Shown piece after piece: positions 1-10,201 of a stretch of 32,000 nucleotides of DNA. The notes beneath the pieces are model-generated. The model saw only the letters and a list, made by a program, of their open reading frames with translations, did no database searches and was not told where the DNA came from. Where the stretch lies: assembly GCA_054661495.1 (NCBI GenBank), contig BAAFSQ010000096.1, positions 2,192-34,191 on the forward strand, written 5' to 3'. The number at the start of each line of letters is the position of its first letter. Position 1 is the first letter of the stretch. This DNA is from Zygophlyctis sp. KS116 (lineage: Eukaryota > Fungi > Chytridiomycota). The position numbers and the translations under genes are program-made.

Positions 1-70
1 CATTGATTGTATGAAAACAATCTGATGATGGATCCGCAGATACTATGCTAAGCAATGCAAGAAAAAACAT
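1..70 (-). CDS. 5' end of a secreted/membrane protein gene running off the window
   Basis: ATG at 70 reads MFFLALLSIVSA-DPSSDCFHTIN, a signal-peptide-like start that stays open to the window edge. A TGACGTC motif lies at 79-85 just upstream. Confidence 0.55.
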   Translation of the reverse strand, partial: MFFLALLSIVSADPSSDCFHTIN

Positions 71-131
71 TTAAAGTCTGACGTCGTGGAGAGGCGTTTG
101 TTTAAGTGCCACAATTTAGAAGCTTACAGAG

Positions 132-385
132 TTATTTATTACTATTTCTAATTTTATCCTGAATTCTGTCAATTTCATCCCAGTCTTTAGGAACTTTCTA
201 ATACTTTTAATAATATAAATTACAAACAAATCGTCCTTTGGCTTTATGAGATCCTCATACAACTTTCTAGTTCCAGCAAAACCCTCAATGAAATCCAATT
301 CATGGAAGAGCCATAGACTGCCGATCGGAAACATGATATAAATAGAAAACTTGAACATTTCCATTGTAAACTTTTTCTGAAACAT
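132..385 (-). CDS. PET100: Pet100-like cytochrome c oxidase assembly factor
   Basis: MEMFKFSIYIMFPIG motif. A 26-nt intron at 198-223 gives ...KDDLF/KVPKDWDEIDRIQDKIRNSNK*. Confidence 0.75.
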
Positions 386-467
386 CTGATGGTAATTAGT
401 AAATGTACTTTTTAGTAACTTGTGTTGCAAGGGCTGCGAGTTAAGTTAAGTCATTGGCCAAGAGAAA

Positions 468-1526
468 ATGCTTGAGGAAACAACAATTCAGAGCAGTTCG
501 CAGGAACAAGTGCCAAGTAAAAAAGTAGAAAAAAAGGAAGAACAGGAAATCGTACTAAGAAATCTATCTGATTATAAAATATTTGAAAAGGAAAAAATCG
601 ATTATAATATTTATACAGTTTCTGCTGAATTTGTACCCAAATGGTATGGCCATTCAGAGTTTATTCACAAGGGCTATAGAAGAATCACTAATTCTTATGT
701 CGGTGCTACGAAAAGTTTACTTTATTTACATAATGAAACTGGAAATATTCTGACTCATGGATTTGGATCTCTAGGATTTGTTGGACTCATGATTTGGTTT
801 TATTCTATTTTTTCTAGGCTGGGATGGAAGGATGAGGTTGTTATGCTTTGTTTTTTTATAGGTGCTATAGGTTGTTTAAGTCTATCTACATTCTTTCATT
901 TGTTTTGTTGTCATTCAAGGCATGTGTCTTCAATGTGGAATAAGGCGGATTATATAGGGATTGTGTTTTTAATTATTGGAAGTTTTGTTCCTTTAGTGTA
1001 TTATGGTGATTTTATACCATCTAAATTTTAGGATTTTATTGTAATCCAGTACATCAAGCAGTTTATCTGGCAATGATTCTCATATTTGGAGCTGCAACTG
1101 TAAATTAATTTTTTTAAAAAATTACAGATTTCAATAAGTATTTCTTCTTATTTTGCTACACCACAGTATAGATTTTTAAGAACTGGTCTTTTTAGTTCAA
1201 TGGGGTTATCTGGAATTGCTCCATTGGTTAATGGTGTACTAATGTATGGGTTTCCTCTGGCTAGAGTAAATTTTGCAGTAGATCGGGTGATTATTATGGG
1301 ATCCTTGTATATTCTTGGTGCTTTCATTTACGCTTTTAGAGTTCCAGAGCGTTGGTTTCCAGGAAAATTTGATATTATTGGTCATTCTCATCAAATTTTT
1401 CATTGTTTGGTTGTCGCTGGGGCTTGTATACATTATACTGGTATTTACTATATGCAAGTATGGTGGTTAGAAAATAATCCACAGTGTCAATTAGACATTT
1501 CTGCAATGAAGGACATGTTTCATTAA
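468..1526 (+). CDS. PAQR / Izh / adiponectin-receptor (HlyIII) family membrane protein
   Basis: Motifs HNETGNILTH, STFFHLFCCHS, DYIGI and PERWFPGKFDIIGHSHQIFH. Introns 1006-1031 and 1100-1127 join the ORFs. Confidence 0.93.
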
Positions 1527-1584
1527 TAAATCATGAATGTATATCAATGTCTTTTTATTTCAGTTTTAAACTTTTCTACCAGTC

Positions 1585-3966
1585 CTAAAAGAGTAATTCA
1601 TTGTACTTTGGATACGTCCAGAATTTATCGGCAGTCTTGGCTTCCACTGCATCTGCGACAGTTCTGACTTCATCAAAGAGAGGAATCAACTCTTCATTCA
1701 CAGCCAAAGCTTGAGCATCTCCTTCCATAGCATTGAGTTTGTCAATCAAAATGACTAGCTTTTCGGTTGATGATTTCAAACCAGACGTATGCGTAGATAA
1801 TTCATCAAAGGTAGCCTTTTCTGGACTTTTGCTAATGTCCATTCCGCAAGACTTCATAGAGGCGAGAGAATCAGCCAAAACCTTGCGATAAGAATAAGCA
1901 TCAGGTAGAAGAGTTTGGAAAATCATATTCTTCAATGTATTGCCTTCAATCAATAAATCCTTGGAATACTTTTCCATAACAATATGGAATCTAGATTCAA
2001 TTTCAACCTTTGATACAATTCCTAGAGAGCTTAAAAGCGTGGTGCTAGATGGCAAAAGTAACTAATCATTAATTTACCAAGTATTTCGTACCTGCTGGAA
2101 TGCTACTGGGCATGAACGGATATTGGGAAGTCCACGTCGAACAGCTTCTTTTTGCCATTCTTCAGAGTAGTTATTTCCTTCAAATCTGATGTTTTTGGAG
2201 GTTTTAATAAACTTCTTGACAATCGAGATCACATCTTCCTGAGAAGGAACTGCCTTTGATCCCATAACCTTGGCTAATTCAGCAGTTATTTTACCAAGGG
2301 AGTCAGCAACGGCCGCATTAACCAAAGTTACTGGGAATGATGGCGATTGCTTAGATCCTACAGCTCTAAACTCAAACTTGTTTCCTGTAAAAGCAAAAGG
2401 AGAAGTTCGATTACGATCGGTCAAATCTCGATTGATAGGTGGCAAAGAAGACACTTTGATATCTAAACGAGAACCACCGAGCTTGACAGTTTCCAAATGA
2501 GGTTTGCCCATTTCACTTACTACGCGAGATTCTTCAATTGAGTTCAAGACTTCAGTGAGATGCTCCCCTAAGAAGACAGACATGATACCTGGAGGGGCTT
2601 CGTTTGCACCCAAACGATGTTCATTTGAAGAGCTAGCAATTGAAGCGCGAAGTAATCCCCCGTGATTATGTACTGCGTCTAAAACAGCAACTAAAACCAA
2701 TAAGAAGCGGTGATTAGTTTCAGGACTTGCTGTAGGCTCCAATAAATTATCCCCCAAATCGGTTGACATTGACCAATTACAATGTTTTCCAGATCCATTA
2801 ACACCTTTGAATGGCTTTTCATGAAACAAGACCTGAAATATCAAAAATGAAAAACTACCTTGAGTTTATGACGGTGAGCCACTTGGTGTAAAGTATCCAT
2901 GACCAACAAATTATGGTCAACCGCGACAACAGCTTCTTCGAAAATTGGCGCCATCTCAAATTGATTTGGAGCAACTTCATTATGACGGGTCTTTACTGGC
3001 ACTCCTAATTTGTAAAGTTCCAACTCTGTTTCACAAATTGCAGCCAAAACTCTTGATGGAATTTGACCAAAATAATGATCTTCCAATTGTTGATGTTTTG
3101 GAGGAACTGTTCCAATCAAAGTTCTACCAGAAATCTTCAAATCCGGACGAAGATTATAAAGACCACGATCAATCAAGAAGAATTCTTGCTCTGTTCCCAA
3201 AGTAGAATAAACTCTTTTAGTAGTCTTATCTCCCAACAAATTCAAAAGCTTACAGGCAGCATTAGATAAAGCCTCTGAAGAACGCAAAAGAATAGTTTTT
3301 TCATCCAAAGCTTCCCCATTATAAGAAATAAAACAAGAAGGAATGTAAAGAATAGAAGTTCCATGAGGCCCACTTCTAATAAAAGGAGGACTATTCTCTA
3401 AGAAAATTTAAAATACCTTGTAGTATCCCAAATCGTATACCCTCTAGCTTCAAAAGTGGATCTAATCCCACCATTAGGAAAAGAAGAAGCATCTGGTTCT
3501 GCTTGCATTAACTGAGATCCTGAAAAACTATCAATAGCAGTAATCTTTTATAAAAGTTGTAAAAACTTACAACTTCCAAACCATTATTAATAGAAGTTTT
3601 CAAACTTAGGAATGAGTCATGCTTCTCAGCCGTTAGACCAGTCTGAGGTTGAAACCAATGAGTAAAGTGCGTAGCTCCTCTATCCATTGCCCAAATTCTA
3701 ATTGCATGAGCAACTGCATCTGCCGTTGGCTTATCCAATGGAGTTTTTCCCTAAATTCAGTTTAATAATTAAAGAAATACCGCCAACTGCGCAACAAATA
3801 GCGCATAAACCGATTTTGGCAGAGATCCAGCCAATACTTTCAAATCACAAACATTCTGACCAAATATTTCAGAAGGATAAGCATTTCTATTTCCAGTCTT
3901 TGGCCAATCCACTGATCGAGCGGGTCTCTCAATAACACTACTAGTCGCAGATATTCTTGCTTCCAT
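1585..3966 (-). CDS. Glutamine synthetase type III (GlnN-like)
   Basis: Motifs [62 protein letters not shown] and [22 protein letters not shown]. Introns at 3751-3780, 3545-3570, 3391-3416, 2833-2858 and 2062-2091. Confidence 0.95.
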
Positions 3967-4148
3967 TGTCAAAAGTTTTACGTGAGCGCGACTATAACGC
4001 GTTCGCGTCTTGGCCAGGGCGCCGCTGGTTGTGCTGATAAGAGTCTTCTCGGCTCATTTCTAAAGGCGATCATTCTAGATTCTAAATATAAATTCTATAT
4101 CCTAAATCTAGATAAAAATTCTGTCATCTTGGAAAACCATTTTCAAAT

Positions 4149-4605
4149 TTATTTCTTTTCATTTGCATGTTTCAAATGTTCAATCTTTTCCTGTTCCAAT
4201 TTTCTGAAATACTGTTCTTCAGCAGCAGCTTCTCTCTTCCCAAAAGTTCCCGATGCAGCAGACATTGGGGATAAACGAATTGTTTCATCTAAATTTTAAA
4301 AAAAAAGGAAATTACCAGCAACCGTCTTTGAATCACTCTGTACATGACCAGTTTCAGTCACAATTGGCGATGTAATTGCAATTTTAGATTTTGAAATTTT
4401 TTCCGCCAAATTTCTTTCTTTTTCTGCCAATTCTTGACGAAGTTTAGCAATAACTTCCTTTTCATGATCATGTATAAATTTCTCTTCTAAAGCAGACTCT
4501 CTTCCACCCTAGACTTTTAATACACTAAATTACCAATGGAGCTTTTGTACTGTACAGTCTCATTATCCGAGGTACATTAAATTTTTTAAGAGAATTACAA
4601 ATCAT
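4149..4605 (-). CDS. Mitochondrial ATPase inhibitor (IF1/Inh1)-like protein with two IF1-type motifs; absent from the ORF track
   Basis: Introns 4509-4533 and 4289-4315 give MICNSLKKFNVPRIMRLYSTKAPL/GGRESALEEKFIHDHEKEVIAKLRQEL...SGTFGKREAAAEEQYFRKLEQEKIEHLK. The N-terminus looks like a presequence. Confidence 0.8.
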
Positions 4606-4676
4606 CCTGCAAGCTTTCTACTAGAGTTTTCCTAGTCCACATGAACAGCCGTGGGTTATATTTCCCATTGTAGGCT

Positions 4677-5537
4677 ATGGTTATGGCTACGGGTAAAATG
4701 AAGACAATTCTACGTAAAGACTCTAAAGACTCTCAAGACTCTCAAAAATCTAAATCAGATCAAATAGAGCTAGTAGAAATAAATGAGGAAATTTCAAAAA
4801 TTGTAAATCAGATTAAATCTCTGGAAATAAAATTAAAAAAATTACAAAAGAAAAAATCAATCATGACTAGACAAGAATGTTTTTTGGAAAACATACCTTC
4901 GGACTTGATTTTAAATTTTTGTTCTTTTTTAGATCCTAGAGATATTTCAAGGTTTGCAACATGTCAAAAAAGTTTATGGAAGCTTATCAAACATGATTAT
5001 TTATGGAATCTATTGTTAAAGGATAGATTTAATATTGAGGCTCTGCCAGGGAAGGCCCTTGAATTGTATAAGGAAAATTATAGTAAAACTAATATACTCT
5101 ATGGGACAGATCTAAGAGTTACATGGTTGGATGAAACTCATTGGAAAAGAGTACAAAGATCGGTTGAATTGGTGTTTGTTTGGTGGTTTGAAGTTCGTGG
5201 CTCTTTTCTTGGGGTTAGGTCTGGGTCATATATACCAATATTACATGGAAGCTTTAGAGGAGAGAATCTTGAAAATATTCATATTTCTATACGATCAAAA
5301 GTTGAAGGTCAGGTAGGGGGTTTTTTATTTAATTACAAGTCTAGTATATCTGAATATATTTTTTCAGATTTGACAGATAAAAGTCAATCTGAAATTCATC
5401 TACCGCCAATTACAGTTGGGGATGACAAGGGATGTCCTGTTTTTCAGGATTTGGAATTAGAAATGCTGGATCTGGAAAGTGGATTGGTTAAACAAGGAAT
5501 CACTATAGAATATTTTGAATTAAAGAAAATAATCTAG
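4677..5537 (+). CDS. F-box protein with a PP2 (phloem protein 2)-like C-terminal domain
   Basis: F-box LENIPSDLILNFCSFLDPRDISRFATCQK...LW. PP2-like LRVTWLDETHW...VELVFVWWFEV. No intron needed. Confidence 0.75.
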   Translation: MVMATGKMKTILRKDSKDSQDSQKSKSDQIELVEINEEISKIVNQIKSLEIKLKKLQKKKSIMTRQECFLENIPSDLILNFCSFLDPRDISRFATCQKSLWKLIKHDYLWNLLLKDRFNIEALPGKALELYKENYSKTNILYGTDLRVTWLDETHWKRVQRSVELVFVWWFEVRGSFLGVRSGSYIPILHGSFRGENLENIHISIRSKVEGQVGGFLFNYKSSISEYIFSDLTDKSQSEIHLPPITVGDDKGCPVFQDLELEMLDLESGLVKQGITIEYFELKKII

Positions 5538-5543
5538 GAATTT

Positions 5544-6951
5544 TTAGTCTATTTTATTTTTTCTTTGGTGAGAAATCAAGTCTGCAATAGTAATGATTGA
5601 AATGTTCCATTTTCTTGCCCATGGGATTAAATCATTTCTACGTGCCATAGTTCCATTATCAAGGGTAATTTCAGAAATAACTGATACTGGTTGCTTTCCT
5701 GCAAGCTTACACAAATCTATTGATGCCTCTGTATGACCCATTCTAGATAAAACTCCTCCAGGATGGTAGCAAAGTGGAAATACGTGACCAGGGCGATTAA
5801 AATCTTGCGAAACACTAGTTGGGTTTGCTAAAGCATTGATTGTCATGCATCGATCAGAAGCTGAAATTCCAGTAGTTGTATTTATATGATCAACAGTTAT
5901 TGCATATGCTGTTTTTAAGGAATCAGTATTTTGTTTAACCATTTGAGGAAGGTTAAGAGTCTCAAGTCTTTCACCTAGCATTGGTACACACAATACACCA
6001 CTAGTAATTTAACAGAAACTAAAATACCTAGAATATCTAATCATGAATGCAGCTTTCTCAGGTGTAATATCTTGAGCTGCGATAACTAAATCACCTTCAT
6101 TTTCTCTATCTTGATTATCAACAACAATAACAAATTTCCCCATTTCTAGAATTAAATCATTATAATATACGTATTTCATGAATAGCCTTTTCAATACTAT
6201 CAAATTTCGCATCTATCCAGTTTGATATTTGAGGATAAAAAGGATCTTCAAATATTGTTCTTGGTAAATCTAAACTAGGCCCATATTTTGAAAAAATAAA
6301 ACTGCCCTTTTTCATTACTGCTTTGATAAATCTATCTTCATTTTCTAATAATAGCATTGGCAATAATACATCACTTAATTTTTCCATTCCCTTTATATTT
6401 TCAAGTTGAATAAAAATAAGATCAGCATTTTTATCAACTTGCATTGATCCAGAATCTACTGAATTTGATTCGAGTACTTTAACAAGTGAAGCCCTTAAAT
6501 CCATTCCTTTATCAACAAAATCCTGTATCCCCTGTTTTATAGAGATCCAAGGGTTAATCATGGCAAGACCATCATTGATACATTTAGAACTAGAAACTTG
6601 ATCATATAAAACTGATGCAAGATCCGGATAATCAGAATCTAAAACCTCTTTTTTCCAATATTGATAATCATTAATCAAAATATTTGTGGCACCTTTTTGC
6701 ACAGTTTTAAAAATCATTTCTAATCCAATTTCTTTTGGCTATCATTAATTCTTTCAAGAAATTACTAAATGCAATGACAAGTTTAGAGTATACACTATCC
6801 CAGGCAAAATAAGCCATTGAGAAAGATCCCAATATTGATCTACCTGCATAGGTGCCACAATTTCCCCATTACAAATATAAACATCCCTTCTTTCTATAAA
6901 GTCTGTCCCATCCCAAACCAATGCATTCTGACAACAAATAGACTCCTTCAT
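5544..6951 (-). CDS. RIB3: 3,4-dihydroxy-2-butanone 4-phosphate synthase fused to an N-terminal degenerate amidohydrolase-like region
   Basis: RibB motifs [33 protein letters not shown] and GHTEAS. Introns 6739-6765, 6146-6170 and 6001-6027 link four ORFs in frame. Confidence 0.8.
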
Positions 6952-7000
6952 ACCTCTAAATCTCTTTAAAAAACCTAAAAAATAGAAAAAAATTCCTTTA

Positions 7001-7775
7001 TTATTCCGCCAATTCTTCTTCAGTTTTCGCCATGGCTGGTTTCATAACAATAACTCTGTCATTAACAATAGCATTAAAAACTTCACTCAAGACCTTGTCT
7101 CTTTCTTCTGTAGATTCAAATTCTACAAATCCAAATCCCCTTGATCTTCCAAATCGCTTCACGACATACGCATTCTTGACCGAATAATCTTTAAAAATGG
7201 AAAATAAATCTGCATCACGAACCTTAAAAGGAAGATTCGCGACATACATTGAAGTATTTAGCGAGGTATCAATACGATTCACTGGTTTAGACGGTTTTCG
7301 AGAAGGTTTAGCTACAGTTGAAGAGTCTTCCATTGTTTCAAGAATTTCATTAGAAGGGTTAGTTTCCTTTTTCTTATTAGGAATTTTTGGTTTTTTTGTT
7401 TCAGTGACTTCTTTAATTTTTTTCTAATTTTTTAAAAAAAGTATATTTACCTCTTCCTGTTTCTTAACCTTTTCAGTTTTTTCTTCTTTAGGCTTTGAAT
7501 GACGCACTTGAATAGCTCTTCCATTTAATTCCTTTTCATTCAATTCAGAGACTGCCTTTTGAGCTTCTGCTGAACTTGAAAACGTCACAAACCCAAAACC
7601 TTTTGATCTTTTCCCAAATTTCATAATCTCTGCAGAAACACTAGACTAAATTTAAAAAAACATACACTGTTCCAGAAGCCATTGCAAACCCTGATAATTC
7701 TTCTTGAGTCAATGTAAATGGTAAATTTCCAAAATATACTTTATCGCCAGATTCAACAACTTGAGTTGCCATCAT
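7001..7775 (-). CDS. Two-RRM RNA/ssDNA-binding protein
   Basis: RNP2/RNP1 pairs VYFGNL / KGFGFVTF and MYVANL / RGFGFVEF. Two short introns near 7641-7666 and 7424-7450. Confidence 0.9.
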
Positions 7776-7941
7776 TTAATTTTTTTGAATTTAACCTAGA
7801 CGTCGTGTCGCTAAAAGGTTTTTTTAATTTTTAAAAATTTCCGCCAGACAATTTTTAGACCTAGGATGAAAATACGCGTTTTCTCTTGTTTTTGTTTCTG
7901 GTTGTCAACTGTCAAAAAAAAAACTTTTGCAGTGGTAAAAA

Positions 7942-8451
7942 ATGGCTGCTCTCTCACAAATTCTTCTTGGTTTATTCATTGGAATTCTTACATTTCACGC
8001 TAGATTTGATTCTCTTTGGTACTCTTATTTTGGATCTGATCTAAATACTCTAAAATCTAGAGTCTCAACTTCTCAAAGAGCAGAAGCAACATCATTTTAT
8101 AAATCTATTCTAAATTCTCATCCATACTTTAATTATGTAATGGGAATTTCTGCTGGATTATTGTTATTATCAGCTCTAGGACAAGTCTTTCAGTATCCTA
8201 GAAAAAGAGTAGCTAATACTATAAATTTACTCTTATTACTCTCTTCTACGGCGATTAGATATCTAGCGTATAAACCAATTTCTAAAATTTTTAAAGCTAG
8301 ATATATTAAACCTGATGAAGAGGCAAAAGCATTATATTCTATTGCTCTTTGGAATTCTATTTCTCTCTCTTTATTGATTTGTTGTGCATTGATTCATGTA
8401 AGTGGAGAAGAAGAGGAAGATGTTGGTTTAAAGGAAAAAAAGTCTAGATAA
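7942..8451 (+). CDS. Shr3-like ER membrane chaperone of amino-acid permeases
   Basis: Four hydrophobic segments, a GILTFHARFDSLW...FYKSILNSHP pattern and a basic C-terminus (KEKKSR). Confidence 0.5.
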   Translation: MAALSQILLGLFIGILTFHARFDSLWYSYFGSDLNTLKSRVSTSQRAEATSFYKSILNSHPYFNYVMGISAGLLLLSALGQVFQYPRKRVANTINLLLLLSSTAIRYLAYKPISKIFKARYIKPDEEAKALYSIALWNSISLSLLICCALIHVSGEEEEDVGLKEKKSR

Positions 8452-8586
8452 ATTTTGAATTTTCTAAAGTATATTCCACATTCTCTATTTTTATACTACT
8501 CAGAATCTAATTATATCATAGATTTAGACTAGATGTTGGTTCCTAGACTGAAACCTGCCTGATATTCAAGTCAACTATAATAGTTC

Positions 8587-10050
8587 ATGGAAAAAGGAAA
8601 GGGGAAATTAGTACTTTTAGAAAACGAGGTTGAAGAGTCTGATCATGAATTTTCTTTGACGCAATCTGACTCTGAAGAAGAATCTCTAGACTCTTTGGAA
8701 AATTCAGAAGAGTCTTTTCAAGAGGAAGAAGAAGAAGAAAATGAATTGTTGGATTTACTACAAGAAGCTCAGGAATATGGGGATGGAGGAGATATGGTTG
8801 ATGGTTTAAGATCAGGAAAATATAGACAAAAATTATCAATAGATGAAACTCAAAGAGATAAATTAAGAGATAAATCACAATCTTCTTCTTCTGGAAAAAG
8901 ATCTGCACAAGAGTCTGTAGAAGATAAAGACTCTAAAATAAATAAATGTCCGTAATTTTGTCTGCTAAACGTAATGCTCATACTAGAGTTCGTTCAGCGT
9001 CTTCACCTCCAAAAGCATTGGTGGCTCCTGCTGCTGATGTGCCATTATTTCTAGAGTCTGTGGTAGATGAGAGTTGGTGTTTACAAGACAAGGATGGGTC
9101 AATGGAAACGTTTGTAAATGGGGTAGATACATTAAATGGTGTTTTTAAGCATGGGTTATTGGTTTGTTTGATTTTTAGTAATGACAGACTGAATTTAAGG
9201 CTGTAAGAAACCAGATTATTGCGCATCAACAATTGTTAAATTCAAAAAACGTTGCTGAATTAACACAAAAATTAGAACAATCTCAAAAGGAATCTAGTAT
9301 ATTTCATCAAGAATTGGATATTGTCAGACAGCAAGTTGAAAAGAATAATTCTATTTTAGCATCTAGCTGGATATTTATTGATAAAAAGGTATAACTTTGA
9401 AATATTTAAAAAATTAGAAAGCAAAGACTGATTGTGCTTTATTTTTTGCTCTATGGAAATCAAGGTCTGTATCAGCTACAAAAGAGAAATTAATTCATCA
9501 TATGGCACTTTTACACAATCATGCAAATATAATGAGAAAAGTTATGAATGGTTGGAGAGGTGTTATTGGATCTACATGGAAGTCCAATTTTGAGCATAAA
9601 GTCAAGGTAATTTGAACTATTAAACTTAGAGAGAAGCAGAACTTTGTATACAAGAGATGTCTCAAAAGTATGAAGATCAGATCTCAAAGGTATATTTAGT
9701 TTTTTAATATTTAGCTGAATCAACAATTAAACGAAGCTAATTCAAGGTTGAAAGACGCTGAATCACATAGGGATTTGAAGGAAGCAGAAATGAAAAGGGC
9801 ATTAATGCGAGGTGTATGTGCCCTTAATATGGAAGCAATGTCTGTTTTTAGAGACAAGACCATCTTAGCAGATCCAATGAAATCCGCAAAAGTAAATCAA
9901 GTTCTTGAAACTGCTTCTGATTCATTGTTCCAAGCCGCTATAATTCCTCAACACAGTGGTTCTTCTCAAAAAACTGTTCAGTTTGCTGAAAATTCAGAAT
10001 GCAAACAAGAATCTAAAATAAATAGAATCCTTGTCACCAGACATCAGTGA
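8587..10050 (+). CDS. POC5: Centriolar protein POC5
   Basis: C-terminal MKRALMRGVCALNMEAMSVF signature, acidic N-terminus and coiled coils. About five short introns, e.g. 8952-8986 and 9152-9177 region (GTTTGT...GACAG, approx. 9162-9187). Confidence 0.85.
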
Positions 10051-10155
10051 TTTGTGAAATTGTATTCTTAACTCGTGAAATCTTTAAATGTCAATTATAA
10101 ATTTGATCTGATCTGCAATGTCTTGATTCAGAGTTCACAGTGATTCAACGCGCAT

Positions 10156-10188
10156 AAACGCGACACGTTATTCTTACGTGTCGCGTTT
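10156..10188. promoter_or_regulatory. Perfect 13-bp inverted repeat AAACGCGACACGT-N7-ACGTGTCGCGTTT
   Basis: Read directly from the sequence; ends 13 nt before the ATG at 10202. The regulatory role is inferred. Confidence 0.6.
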
Positions 10189-10201
10189 GAAAAATCTCAA
10201 A

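Noticed and set aside
1585-3966. Frameshifted pseudogenes, alternative genetic code or bacterial contig
   Set aside because: Every frame break here is resolved by a 26-30-nt GT-AG intron that restores conserved motifs.
3982-4299. 105-aa plus-strand ORF
   Set aside because: Antisense shadow of the IF1-like gene plus promoter DNA; GTG start.
4717-4755. 9-bp AAGACTCT(A/C) repeats
   Set aside because: Ordinary coding low-complexity sequence (KDS/QDS).
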